A stretch of 64,000 nucleotides of DNA from an uncultured Methanoregulaceae archaeon (GCA_963841015.1 CAWJAX010000005.1:480001-544000); one strand, 5' to 3'; shown: positions 51,853 through 62,267, numbered from the stretch's first letter. Notes: generated from the letters alone by a model not told the origin. Translations and numbers: made by a program.

Positions 51853-52394
51853 TGAGGATTACCGTGAGCGGGCTGCCCGGGAGCGGGACAACCTCACTCT
51901 CACGGTACCTCTCAGAACGCCACGGTTTTTCATTGATCTCTGCCGGGGAAGTCTTCCGCCAGCTTGCCCAGGAACACAACATGGGACTGGCCGAGTTCGG
52001 GCGCCTGGCTCAGGAAAACCCGGCTTTTGATACCATGATTGATGCCCGTCAAAAAGAGATCGCAGAGCAGCGGGACAATATCATCGTTGAAGGCCGGCTT
52101 TCCGGCTGGATGGTCAGGGATGCGGATATCAGGATATGGCTCTTTGCCCCGATTGGGTGCCGGGTAAAACGAATTGTCTCAAGGGATCAGATAGCAGATG
52201 ATACGACTGCAGAACGGATCACCATTGAGCGGGAAGCGTGCGAAGCGGGCAGGTATCGGACGTATTATAATATTGACATCAGCGACCTCTCCATATATCA
52301 GATAATCCTGAACTCCGAGCACTGGAGTGTTGAAGGACTCGGTTCAATTATTGATACGGCAATCGTGCAGCTCAATTCTCATGAAACCCGGTAA
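51852..52394 (+). CDS. cmk: Cytidylate kinase
   Basis: ITVSGLPGSGTT, SAGEVFR, EGRLSGW. Confidence 0.92.
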   Translation: MRITVSGLPGSGTTSLSRYLSERHGFSLISAGEVFRQLAQEHNMGLAEFGRLAQENPAFDTMIDARQKEIAEQRDNIIVEGRLSGWMVRDADIRIWLFAPIGCRVKRIVSRDQIADDTTAERITIEREACEAGRYRTYYNIDISDLSIYQIILNSEHWSVEGLGSIIDTAIVQLNSHETR

Positions 52395-52499
52395 TTTCTC
52401 TCTCTGTATACAACAGAATATTACACCATGTCGGGATCGCATCTCGTTATTTTTACCCATGATACTGAAGAAAAAATCCTTTAACCGGTATCAGGGAAT

Positions 52500-52928
52500 G
52501 TGATTACTGTGGAAGATGATATTACAATCCAGCTGGTTCGGGACTGGGATGAGGTGGATATCGTAAACCTGTACCGTGCCGGCGGCTGGTGGAAGGAGGA
52601 GTACAACCCAAGGGAGCTACCCCGTCTGATCCGGGGTAGTTTCCTGTTTGTCGTTGCGATTGATGTGAAAACCGGTCATGCTGTAGGAATGGGAAGAGTC
52701 ATATCCGATGGGGTTTCCGATGGTTATATTCAGGATCTTGTTGTGCTTCCGGAATACCGCAAAACCGGGATCGGAGCCCGGATCATTTCAACATTAGTAA
52801 AAAAATGCGTTGAAAGGGGAATTTCCTGGATTGGTATTATAGCAGAACCAGATACTGAAAAATTTTACCTGCCTCTCGGATTCCACCCCATGGAAGGACA
52901 CGTTCCGCTGAAATTCCGGAGTGATTAA
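52500..52928 (+). CDS. GNAT family N-acetyltransferase
   Basis: VGMGRVISDG, DLVVLPEYRKTGIG, FY..LGF. Confidence 0.87.
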   Translation: MITVEDDITIQLVRDWDEVDIVNLYRAGGWWKEEYNPRELPRLIRGSFLFVVAIDVKTGHAVGMGRVISDGVSDGYIQDLVVLPEYRKTGIGARIISTLVKKCVERGISWIGIIAEPDTEKFYLPLGFHPMEGHVPLKFRSD

Positions 52929-53825
52929 GTGATGCTTACCCAGGAAAATTTCAAACCCGTTACTCTTTCGGATAGGGCTTTTTTTGAGCGGCACTATGCA
53001 CAATATCCGCAGACACATAGTGACAACACGTTCACGAATATGGTCTGCTGGAACCATTACGCACACTACCAGTATGCCTATGTACAAAAAAATCTCATCA
53101 TCGCAAGCACCATTGATGGTGTCACCCGGTTTCGTCCCCCTATCGGTCCAAGGGATCCCACCCTCCTCCGGTCGCTGATACGGCTGGCATCGGATATAAG
53201 CGATAATGAACCAATCGTGCTGATAGATCCTGATACCGCCAGCTGGATGCGTGAAATCTGTCCTGGTATAAATCTCATTCCTGACCGTAATCATTTTGAA
53301 TACGTGTACCGATCTGCAGACCTTGCCGATCTACCCGGCAAGAATTATCTGACTATCCGTCGCCAGATAAGCAAATTCCGTCGCAACTGCACCAGCTCGG
53401 TTGAGCAGATTACCCGGGATAACTGGGAGGAGGTAAAACGATTCCTGATCGAATGGTGCGAATGGAAAGGGTGTGAAAACGATAAGGTTCTCGCACATGA
53501 AAAGGAAGCGGTTTTTTTCGCTATTGATCACTTTGACGAACTGGCGATCAAGGGAATGATCATACGGGTCTTTTCAAAAATAGGTGCAATGGCCCTGTTT
53601 GAACACCTCAATGCGGATACTGCATTGGTACATTTTGAAAAAGGGCTGCCTGATTGCGAAGGGATCTATAAAGTCATAAATGCTGAAACTGCAACATTTC
53701 TGTCGAAAAAATACCCCTACCTTAACCGGGAAAGTGATCTTGGTATACCCGGGCTCCGTGAGGCAAAAATGCGCTATCATCCTCATCATATGGTTGAGGT
53801 TTATTCTCTGAAGCGTGATTCCTGA
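52929..53825 (+). CDS. DUF2156 domain protein (MprF C-terminal-like aminoacyl transferase fold)
   Basis: SDNTFTN, EYVY...DLADLPG, VHFEKG, YLNRESDLGIPGLREAK..YHP. Confidence 0.82.
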   Translation: MMLTQENFKPVTLSDRAFFERHYAQYPQTHSDNTFTNMVCWNHYAHYQYAYVQKNLIIASTIDGVTRFRPPIGPRDPTLLRSLIRLASDISDNEPIVLIDPDTASWMREICPGINLIPDRNHFEYVYRSADLADLPGKNYLTIRRQISKFRRNCTSSVEQITRDNWEEVKRFLIEWCEWKGCENDKVLAHEKEAVFFAIDHFDELAIKGMIIRVFSKIGAMALFEHLNADTALVHFEKGLPDCEGIYKVINAETATFLSKKYPYLNRESDLGIPGLREAKMRYHPHHMVEVYSLKRDS

Positions 53826-53937
53826 TAACATAGTGCTGACGACAGGTTTTGCCGGAAAAATTTCCCGGATTTTGGTTTGACAATATTGCGTCTGTTGCTC
53901 CACGTTTGACAGAACAGACGCATTTTGTTAAAAATCT

Positions 53938-54346
53938 GGCTCTGTGATGCTGGTATGAATGAAGGAGGGGACAGTACCTGTCACCCCATGCCGCCTCTGC
54001 GCTGAGCGATGATGACGTAGCACCGGTTCGGGAGCTATCGCATCGGGGGGCCATAGTGGCGGGGGTGAAACCCCCCTGAGCGTTTCAGCTTGTAATTGAG
54101 CATATCCCATGAAAATCAACGTATTCAGATATAATATGGGGATTGCTGCTACTCTCTGTCTCAGACACGATGATTGCCGCCGCCCCCGACGGGGTGCCGG
54201 GGCGGCGGATTGGTAAGCAAAATTCAAAAAAAGTCCCTGCCCCGCCGTGCCTCGCAGAGGCCCTGAGGCGGGAGTCTATCGTATTAATTAAGATTTTCAT
54301 GGATCGGGAGTGAACCCGATGAGTTCATACCCGTTTCTACAGAGCA
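53938..54346 (+). mobile_element. MITE-like element copy 3 (5' internally deleted, carrying a nested insertion)
   Basis: GGCTCTG...TTTCTACAGAGCA ends, core similar to copies 1/2, imperfect flanks AAAAATCT/AAGAATCC. Confidence 0.72.
54107..54302. mobile_element. Nested second MITE-like element
   Basis: Perfect 11-bp inverted repeat CCATGAAAATC / GATTTTCATGG with ATC on both flanks. Confidence 0.55.
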
Positions 54347-54427
54347 AAGAATCCAAGATTCTTCAGGATTGAATTTCTTCCTGTGGGTTTATTAAAATGG
54401 TCATGGGATAAAAAATTTTGGAAATGT

Positions 54428-54532
54428 GGCTCTCGAGAAATTTTTTTGCCATGATATGAAATACAAAGCACTGGAATAATGAAGGAGGGGCCCTACCTGT
54501 CCCCCGATGTCTTCCTTAAAGCAGGGAGAGTC
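54428..54532 (+). repeat. Degenerate short copy 4 of the MITE-like family
   Basis: GGCTCTCGAGAA...TGATATGAAAT...AATGAAGGAGGGG...CCTGTCCCCC matches the 5' half of copy 1. Confidence 0.6.
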
Positions 54533-54544
54533 TTAAAAAATGCG

Positions 54545-55141
54545 TTATACTGCTGCCATATACGCCATGATACCTGATGCTATAATATTAACCGCAATAG
54601 CGGCCACCAGCATTCCAAGGACTTTTCCCATGATATCGGTCACAACATCTCCTAAAATGCGCTGGATGTATTCCGAATAGTACAGAACGAGCCACGTGGC
54701 AATGAGGGAGAGGGTAATGGCAATTAATGGGACGAGGAATCCATAATCTTTTGAAAGAAGCATTACTGTTGTGATAGCACCCGGCCCACACAGAAGTGGT
54801 GTACCGATGACCACTCCGGCAGCAGTTGCTGAATGGTCTTTACAATGCCCGATTTCAATCCCCAGTGCTTCCTGAATCCCGAGAAGGAAAAGAAGAATTC
54901 CCCCGGCAATCTGGAAGCTGGCGATATTGAGCCCAAGGATATCAAAGATCATCTTATTGAAAATTAAGAAGAGATACATCAGCCCTCCTGCAACTGCAAC
55001 TGCGATGAACGCCTGTTTATGTATTTCAGCAGGTGTCTGACCTTTGGTCATTGCCGCAAAGATAGGCACGGACAGAAGCGGGTCAAGAATGATGAACAGG
55101 GCAGCAAAAGCATAAATGATTTCGGAAAGTATCTCCTGCAT
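54545..55141 (-). CDS. MarC family membrane protein
   Basis: ILDPL, FQIAGGILLF, PLLCGPGAITTV. Confidence 0.9.
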   Translation of the reverse strand: MQEILSEIIYAFAALFIILDPLLSVPIFAAMTKGQTPAEIHKQAFIAVAVAGGLMYLFLIFNKMIFDILGLNIASFQIAGGILLFLLGIQEALGIEIGHCKDHSATAAGVVIGTPLLCGPGAITTVMLLSKDYGFLVPLIAITLSLIATWLVLYYSEYIQRILGDVVTDIMGKVLGMLVAAIAVNIIASGIMAYMAAV

Positions 55142-55226
55142 GGTCTGAATTATGATATAGGCTCTGATTGTGGATAAAATTGCGGGATCAGGGGTCGGTT
55201 TTTCATGTGCCGCAAGGGTACAATCT

Positions 55227-56387
55227 CTAAACGATAAAGTAAATAACGAGGATCGAAGCCGTTGAGATTGCTCCAGCGGCAGAAACCAGACGGGCTTTGA
55301 TATCGGTCACCAGCACCCATGAAGCAAGACAGAAAAAAATGTAGGGGACAAGCGTTGTGATCACGGAAATTGTCGCGAGCTGGTCAAAATGGTTGGAAAA
55401 GAGCAGGAGCGCTGCACTGATTACGCTTCCGGTGATGAGTGCATACACCGGAGTACCATGAAGGTTTAAATCCCTGATCTTAGGCACTGAAAACTGTGCG
55501 GACAGGGACTGGAGTATCCGTGAAGTTCCGATAATATAGGCGTTTATTGCCGAAAGCATTGCCACAATGCCGATTATTGCAATAAAGGTGCCTGAACGGT
55601 CAAAGACGATCGCAGCTGCAGTCGCAAGAGGAGCGGGTGATGCAGCAAGGGCTTGTGCACCAACACTGCCGATAAGGGCAACATTGAGAAGAAGATACAG
55701 TGACACTACAATACCCATGACCAGGATAAGCGATCGCCGGATAAGTTTTGGATCCCGCGTCTCTTCAACCATAATCGCGCTGATCTCAAAACCGGTAAAC
55801 GGCCAGTACACAATAATGATTGTGGCGAGGAAACCAGTGACAGTGACCGGAGTCTGGGGGACAAAATTATCTGCTTTTATGAACGGTATAAGAAGGAAAG
55901 AGAGGAGCACCAGGGGGATAATCTTGAGCGTAGTGAGGATATTTTCAGTCATCCCCGAAAGAGAGATTCCCCTGATGTTCAGCCAGCAGAATGCGCCAAT
56001 AATCACGATCTCGATGAGCAGAACGCTTGAGATGCCAAAATACGCAATGTACTGACCTATCCCTGCTGCAATAGTAGAGATGCCAAAAACAGAAGAAACA
56101 AGGTACAGTATGATAAGCAGGAACGCAAACCGGGTGCCGAATACCGAAGAGAAAAGTGAATAAAAACCATTGGATGACGTAAACCGGAAAGAAACATAGG
56201 CAAGGGAAAGGAGAACACAGGATGCAGACACGGCAACAATCAGCCATGCAAGCAGTGACCAGGGACCGCTGAGTTTCGCAGCCACTCCGGGAACAACGAA
56301 GATACCTGAACCAATGGTCCCTCCTACCCCGAGGCTGACGAGTTCAAACAATCCCAGCGATCGTTTGTACTTACCCTCCTCCGTCAT
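55227..56387 (-). CDS. APC family amino acid permease
   Basis: GGTIGSGIF, FTGFE, many TM helices. Confidence 0.88.
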   Translation of the reverse strand: MTEEGKYKRSLGLFELVSLGVGGTIGSGIFVVPGVAAKLSGPWSLLAWLIVAVSASCVLLSLAYVSFRFTSSNGFYSLFSSVFGTRFAFLLIILYLVSSVFGISTIAAGIGQYIAYFGISSVLLIEIVIIGAFCWLNIRGISLSGMTENILTTLKIIPLVLLSFLLIPFIKADNFVPQTPVTVTGFLATIIIVYWPFTGFEISAIMVEETRDPKLIRRSLILVMGIVVSLYLLLNVALIGSVGAQALAASPAPLATAAAIVFDRSGTFIAIIGIVAMLSAINAYIIGTSRILQSLSAQFSVPKIRDLNLHGTPVYALITGSVISAALLLFSNHFDQLATISVITTLVPYIFFCLASWVLVTDIKARLVSAAGAISTASILVIYFIV

Positions 56388-56509
56388 ATTTCATCTTTCT
56401 TATTTGCATGAAACCAAATTTATAATAGCCGGTAATCTCCATTGTCAGCTATACCTGGCTCTTTAAAAAAAAGATGTTGATGAAGGGCTTTGGAAGGTGT
56501 GAATTTCTT

Positions 56510-56980
56510 ATGGTAAAAGCAGCAACACCCTCAAAAAAGAGCAGTGCGACCAAAAAACCGGTTGCAGCAAAAAAGAAAGTCGCAGCAAAAAAGAAAAGTG
56601 TCTCCCTGATGAGATACAAATGCAGGGTCTGCGGGTATGTCTATTCACCACTTCGCGGGGAGCCGCATAATGGTATTCCTGCAGGAACCGCGTTTGATGA
56701 TCTTCCTGACACCTACCTTTGCCCGGTCTGCGGATTTCAGGGAAAAGGCAAGGTTGGCAAGTGGGGTTTTGACGAATGGCGCCCGACACGCTATATCTGT
56801 TCCATGTGCGATTACATCTATGATGAAAAACGCGGGGAACCTCATCGTGGTATCAAACCCGGGACAAAATTTGAAGATCTTCCTGAAGATTATGTCTGTC
56901 CTGTCTGTGCAACCGATCCAAAAATTGTTTTACGGTATGGGAATGTTCTCAAGCAGGGTTTCTCCCCCCTGTATGAATGA
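56510..56980 (+). CDS. Two-domain rubredoxin
   Basis: CRVCGYVY...[16 protein letters not shown] and CSMCDYIY...[16 protein letters not shown]; Lys-rich N-terminus. Confidence 0.88.
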   Translation: MVKAATPSKKSSATKKPVAAKKKVAAKKKSVSLMRYKCRVCGYVYSPLRGEPHNGIPAGTAFDDLPDTYLCPVCGFQGKGKVGKWGFDEWRPTRYICSMCDYIYDEKRGEPHRGIKPGTKFEDLPEDYVCPVCATDPKIVLRYGNVLKQGFSPLYE

Positions 56981-57537
56981 TTAATCAACTTCCCCTCTTT
57001 TTTTTATCATACAAGGAGATAGGCGTGTTTTTTTTTAAAGAATCACCCTCTTCCGGATTCAGGTGTTTTTGCCTGGTGTTTGGTTTTGGTACCTGATGCA
57101 TAAACTCACCGGCAGTTTATTTGACAAAAAAACAGGAATTAATGCCTGTTCTTTACTGCCCCGCGGTGAGGTCATTTTACCGATATACAATTGAATTGGT
57201 CTGATGTCCATACCTTCAGAAGTGTGTGGCGCAGTCTCCTGCCTCAAAGGGATGCAGGTACCCCCTTCTTAATTCGGACCTGGATAAAGTGAGGGGAGTA
57301 GCAAACCTGTGCCCGCTATGAGAGGCAATTCATCACCGAAGATCTTTCCATAGGACCAAACCAAAAAAAAACAGATCCTGAAAATTTCAGAGAAAAGATT
57401 TCCGGACCGAAGATATCAGTGGATCTCAACGCCGATGGATAACCGCTTCACTGTCCATATGTGATTATGGAAAGAAACCTAAAAGATTTCTCATCGGGAG
57501 AAAATAGCCCGCATCGAAAAGAAAATACAAAAAAAAT

Positions 57538-58576
57538 TTAGATGAGTTTGAAGATTGGGTGGTTTTCTGCTTTGCACTCGATACCCAGTTGACGGGTAGC
57601 CTCAAGGACCGTGATATCCGTGTAGGCCTGTGCGGTGATCATTGCTTCTACATTCTCGATGGGTCCGTACATAATCAGGTCTGCCCCAAGCGTGCTGGCA
57701 ATCATGTTGCAGCCAATATCGGGGGCTGACCATGCTGCCTGCTTGATGCCTTCCATTCCGCCGAGGTAGTGGTGGGACATCTGCTGGAGGAGGAGATCTT
57801 TGCCCTTGTATCCTTCTGCGAGTACCTGAGGGGGTCTTGCTTGTTCCCTTCCAGCGTTTGAGCCAGGTCCAGGAAACCGTCATGTTATGGTAGGCACCAC
57901 CGGTCGGGTAGCCGTGAATTGCCTTGCATGCAAGGATCTCACGGTATGAACCACCGCTTCCAAGACCGAGCGGTGTTGCTGCAGTGTCGAGAATCGGGCG
58001 TTTGATACCGCAATATTCTGCAATCTCCAGCATACCCTTGGCCTGTCCGGCAACGCCACCCTCAACAAGAACCTTCTCCCTGCCGACAACGGATGGGTCA
58101 GCCGGGTTGAAGGCGAGGACGATGGCTGCATCGACGTCACTGTTCTTCAGTGCTTCGATGCTTTCGGGAAGGATCGAACCGTTGATCGAGTTGTAGATCG
58201 CACGGTGTGCAAGCCCGACATCAGTCACATACTTGCATGCGTGGGCAAGTGCCTTGGGAACTGATGAGTCCATCAGGAAGGCAGTCTTGTTGTCAATGCT
58301 GTCGAACCAGCTGATATAACTCTCGAATGCTTCCCCGTATTCCGCGATAATCTGGATGAAGTGCGGGATACCAGTCAGGTCAGAGAGGACCTGACAGCGG
58401 TTCCAGAGCGCCTCTGCTTTTGCCTTGTCAATAGTTCCTTTGTGGTCGTCAAGCACCACTTCGTGCTTGTTATAGAAGATTGAGGCACCCAATACCGTCG
58501 GGTACTCCCCGGGTTGTCCACCGATCTTGGTGCCGTTGAAGTCCCAGACACTCTGTTCTTTTTCAAATTTGAACAT
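57538..58576 (-). CDS. mtrH: Tetrahydromethanopterin S-methyltransferase subunit H (apparent frameshift near 57830)
   Basis: MFKFEKEQ, IGGQPGEYPT, IYNSIN; C-terminus GADLIMYGPIEN...HPIFKL in a second frame. Confidence 0.93.
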
Positions 58577-58592
58577 GTTATTTTACACCTCC

Positions 58593-59330
58593 TTATACCA
58601 ATGTCATCAATTTCTGGTACAAAAACAACAGCATCACAAATACGGTTAGTCCTGCGACCAGGCCGTAGAGTATGCCGATATCTCGTCCGATCTTTCTTCC
58701 AACACGCTGCGCAACCTCAGCATCAACGAACTCAAGCTGCTTCTCGATCTTATCGAGTCGCTTCTCAATTTCGAGGAACTGGGGATTTGCACCTGCGGCA
58801 GCAGTCTCAACCCCACCTGCAGCTTCCTTGACCTCTACGACAATGGCATCAGCAGCGAACGCACCCGGGTCACGGGCTTTGAGTTCGTTGATTTTTGCCT
58901 TGATTACGTTGAGGTCTTCGCTTTCCATGATGTTGACGATTTCCGTCTGTTCCTGGAAGCGCTTGATGGCTGCATCATTGAGGTTCTCGATGAAAGGAAT
59001 AGCACCTTCAGCACCGACAACTCTGCCTTCCTTGACACCGCCTTTATGGAGTGCCCCGAATGTCTGGCCGGATAGGTGGCCTTTGACTTCGGTACCGCAG
59101 AACAGCATGAACCTGATGTTGGGGTTGGCGATGACGTTGGCGATGACCTTTTCAAGACCGAGGTTTTCAGTCTTACAGGAACCGCACAATGCCGCACCTG
59201 CGTCACAGATGCCTTTTTCGTCGAGGTGTGAACCCATAGTGACAACAGCCACCGGACTGTTTGCGTCACCTGCGTAGAAGTCACCCTTGACGAGCGGCCA
59301 GCCACTTGCTGGTGATTTCTTGTCTGCCAT
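58593..59330 (-). CDS. mtrA: MtrA-MtrG fusion subunit
   Basis: MtrA corrinoid domain followed by MtrG-like [11 protein letters not shown]...[16 protein letters not shown]. Confidence 0.9.
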   Translation of the reverse strand: MADKKSPASGWPLVKGDFYAGDANSPVAVVTMGSHLDEKGICDAGAALCGSCKTENLGLEKVIANVIANPNIRFMLFCGTEVKGHLSGQTFGALHKGGVKEGRVVGAEGAIPFIENLNDAAIKRFQEQTEIVNIMESEDLNVIKAKINELKARDPGAFAADAIVVEVKEAAGGVETAAAGANPQFLEIEKRLDKIEKQLEFVDAEVAQRVGRKIGRDIGILYGLVAGLTVFVMLLFLYQKLMTLV

Positions 59331-59339
59331 TTTTCCACC

Positions 59340-59543
59340 TCATCCCACCAGTAATACCGGCAATACAATCAGGATCAATGCACAGAGCAATCCTGCCATG
59401 AACCCGATTATACCGTTCGCGCCGACTGCCGAGTCAATTTTATTGGTCCGTGCCAGGATTTGTGATTTATAGCGGATGTTTTCCACCATGTTTTCAATCG
59501 CAACCATCCTGACTGGTCCTGTATTCTTTGCGTCTTCTCCCAT
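59340..59543 (-). CDS. mtrF: Tetrahydromethanopterin S-methyltransferase subunit F
   Basis: VENIRYKSQILARTNKIDS plus TM helix. Confidence 0.9.
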   Translation of the reverse strand: MGEDAKNTGPVRMVAIENMVENIRYKSQILARTNKIDSAVGANGIIGFMAGLLCALILIVLPVLLVG

Positions 59544-59548
59544 CTCTT

Positions 59549-60271
59549 TCACCTCATCATCAGGAATCCGACCAGGGCGAACGAGACGATCAGACCGATC
59601 ATCAGGCCTTCGATCTTACCTGCATAGACCCCGGCAGCAAATTTGTCCCGGTATCCGATATTCGTCACCATTTTTTCGATGACTTTCATGCGGGCAGTGA
59701 TAAGTGCCATTTCACCGGACAACGGGCGGACTTCGCCACCAGTCTCTTCTGCACCACCTGCAGCTTCCTTGACCTCTACGACAATGGCATCAGCAGCGAA
59801 CGCACCCGGGTCACGGGCTTTGAGTTCGTTGATTTTTGCCTTGATTACGTTGAGGTCTTCGCTTTCCATGATGTTGACGATTTCCGTCTGTTCCTGGAAA
59901 CGCTTGATAGCTGCATCATTGAGGTTCTCGATGAAGGGAATAGCCCCTTCAGCACCGACGACCCTGCCTTCCTTGACACCGCCTTTGTGGAGTGCCCCGA
60001 ATGTCTGGCCGGATAGGTGGCCTTTGACTTCGGTACCGCAGAACAGCATGAACCTGATGTTGGGGTTGGCGATGACGTTGGCGATGACCTTTTCAAGACC
60101 GAGGTTTTCAGTCTTACAGGAACCGCACAATGCCGCACCTGCATCACAGATGCCTTTTTCGTCGAGGTGTGAACCCATGGTGACAACAGCCACCGGGCTG
60201 TTTGCGTCGCCTGCGTAGAAGTCACCCTTGACGAGCGGCCAGCCACTTGCTGGTGATTTCTTGTCTGCCAT
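59549..60271 (-). CDS. mtrA: Tetrahydromethanopterin S-methyltransferase subunit A
   Basis: [37 protein letters not shown]-terminal GVYAGKIEG. Confidence 0.95.
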   Translation of the reverse strand: MADKKSPASGWPLVKGDFYAGDANSPVAVVTMGSHLDEKGICDAGAALCGSCKTENLGLEKVIANVIANPNIRFMLFCGTEVKGHLSGQTFGALHKGGVKEGRVVGAEGAIPFIENLNDAAIKRFQEQTEIVNIMESEDLNVIKAKINELKARDPGAFAADAIVVEVKEAAGGAEETGGEVRPLSGEMALITARMKVIEKMVTNIGYRDKFAAGVYAGKIEGLMIGLIVSFALVGFLMMR

Positions 60272-60272
60272 A

Positions 60273-60566
60273 TCAGCCCACCTTTATCATTTGGAATGCA
60301 ATGATTCCGGCGATGAATAGTCCGATTGCAAGCCCGTACCAGAATGAGGTAATAGCACCACCGATCTTGAGACCGTTCTCCCTGTTGGGGAATGATGCAA
60401 GCAGATTGCCTGTCCCCGAGAGCATGTTGATAAGGTCATCGCTTGTTGCTTCAAGGATAGCCACCTTTTCAAGCACGGGTGAGAGCGATTCCCCGGCTGA
60501 GGTCACGAGTCCCACAAGGGGATCTGCGACAAGCCCGAATTCCGGAAGTACCTGAATGTATGCCAT
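60273..60566 (-). CDS. mtrB: Tetrahydromethanopterin S-methyltransferase subunit B
   Basis: [21 protein letters not shown]. Confidence 0.92.
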   Translation of the reverse strand: MAYIQVLPEFGLVADPLVGLVTSAGESLSPVLEKVAILEATSDDLINMLSGTGNLLASFPNRENGLKIGGAITSFWYGLAIGLFIAGIIAFQMIKVG

Positions 60567-60567
60567 G

Positions 60568-61422
60568 TCAGTGTCCCTCCATCTCAGGAATCGGCTTTGC
60601 ATCAAGCCATGCAGCGGCATCGCGCTTTGACAGGCAGATATACTGGTTGTAGGTGTATGCCCACCCGATAATTCCAACAATCAGCGATATGACTGCAGCC
60701 CCCACGCTGATGAGCGCAAAGGACATGAATGCCGCGACGATCATGCTTAAAAAACCACATTCTGCGGTCAACATGAGCATCCGGTCCTGTTTCCAGCCAG
60801 GTCCGAGAGTTGCGTTGAACGGGTGCTGGATTGCGATAGCTCCCAGCAGGAATGCAACGGCGATAAGTGCGCCACCGATGAATGAGTTCTCGGTAGAGGT
60901 TATGGATAACCCGAGCATCGAGACTTCGCCTGTGGTCAGGCCGGCAAAGGTGAATCCACCGGTCATCAGTGCTGCGAATCCCATGAGAGAAAGTGCACCG
61001 ACTATTGCCATCTCGGTAAGTGCCTGGACCATTGCCGGGATCTTCATGTTCAGGATATTATTTGAAATATACCCGAGGATGAACCCGACAAAAGCTGCGA
61101 GAAGAGTTGCTACGATTGGAGCTGCCATACCGAATATTGGTTTAGTGGCAAGCACCATTGCAATGACACCGGAACCGAATGCGATCATACCTGCTGACGG
61201 AACACCGGTACCAATACCGTAACTGCACAGCACCTTGATAGTGTGGCTTCCCCAGATCAATGCGATAACCATCGCAAGTCCACCAAAGAATGCGAACATT
61301 TCGGTGTTGGTGAGCACGTTGAGGTACGTCAGGTAGAGGCACACAAGTGTGCCCACGAGTCCCCCAATCATGATCTTCTGGTGAGGAATGCCCCCTTCAA
61401 TTACTTCAATTTTTACTGACAT
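60568..61422 (-). CDS. mtrC: Tetrahydromethanopterin S-methyltransferase subunit C
   Basis: YGIGTGVPSAG, HPFNATLGP, KRDA. Confidence 0.94.
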   Translation of the reverse strand: MSVKIEVIEGGIPHQKIMIGGLVGTLVCLYLTYLNVLTNTEMFAFFGGLAMVIALIWGSHTIKVLCSYGIGTGVPSAGMIAFGSGVIAMVLATKPIFGMAAPIVATLLAAFVGFILGYISNNILNMKIPAMVQALTEMAIVGALSLMGFAALMTGGFTFAGLTTGEVSMLGLSITSTENSFIGGALIAVAFLLGAIAIQHPFNATLGPGWKQDRMLMLTAECGFLSMIVAAFMSFALISVGAAVISLIVGIIGWAYTYNQYICLSKRDAAAWLDAKPIPEMEGH

Positions 61423-61432
61423 CTTCAACACC

Positions 61433-62267
61433 TCAAATTGCAACGATCAGGATAGCCAGAAAACCGCAGAGGGCTGATGCGACAGCGGATGCAACGATTG
61501 CCCGTGGCCAGCGCTTGAATTTCGGGTCGTGGGGTCCTTCGATGGTTCCCGTGATGTTATATGCGGTCAGCACTGCATTCACGAGGAACAAACCAACAGC
61601 GAAAATACCTGCGGCTGAAACTGCAATTGGCATCACCTGTTCGGGACGCATACTCATAACGGCCGGGAGCGTTGCCTCGTAGAGGGTAAGAAGCTGCAGG
61701 TAAATGATTGTACCGCCAGCGCCTCCGAGAAAACCCCCGATGACACCACCGACGAATGATACAAACGGAAGACCGTGACCTTCAGTTCCCTGGGATTTGA
61801 ATTCCTTCTGTGAATCTCCGGTGATGGGGTCATTAAGGACTTTACCTGATGCTGCAGGAATACCCATGCCGAAAACATAGACGTAATTCACCATCATACA
61901 GGTAATGGCCATCATGAGTCCGCCACCGACTCCACCGGTTATTGTCGCGACGACAAGACCCTGTTCAGCAGCCCATGCACCGCCAAAGAGCCCTGCGAGA
62001 CCAGCACCAGTCTGCAAGCATCGCTACACCAGTTGCGATACCGGGTGCCTGCCCCATTGCTGCGGGAGCACCACCGACCGGCACGAAGTGTGTACCGAAT
62101 CCAATCAGGACCCCGCCGATGATGATACCGATCAGGGCCGTGATTCCCAGACCGGGTGAGATAGCGTATGCCAGACCAATGATGATAATCAGCATGACAA
62201 CGCCGACTGCCATCGCGGCCGGGTTCACAGCGCCGCCAGCCTGTGGTTTTGCTGCAACTGCGCTCAT
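61433..62267 (-). CDS. mtrD: Tetrahydromethanopterin S-methyltransferase subunit D (apparent frameshift near 62011)
   Basis: HFVPVGGAPAAM, then GAGLAGL...GTEGHGLP...GTIEGPHDPKFK in a second frame. Confidence 0.93.

Noticed and set aside
51241-52394. Absence of rpl34e/rpl14e around cmk and relocation of cbf5
   Set aside because: Loss of these r-proteins is expected in this euryarchaeal lineage, and cbf5 is present at 15555-16559
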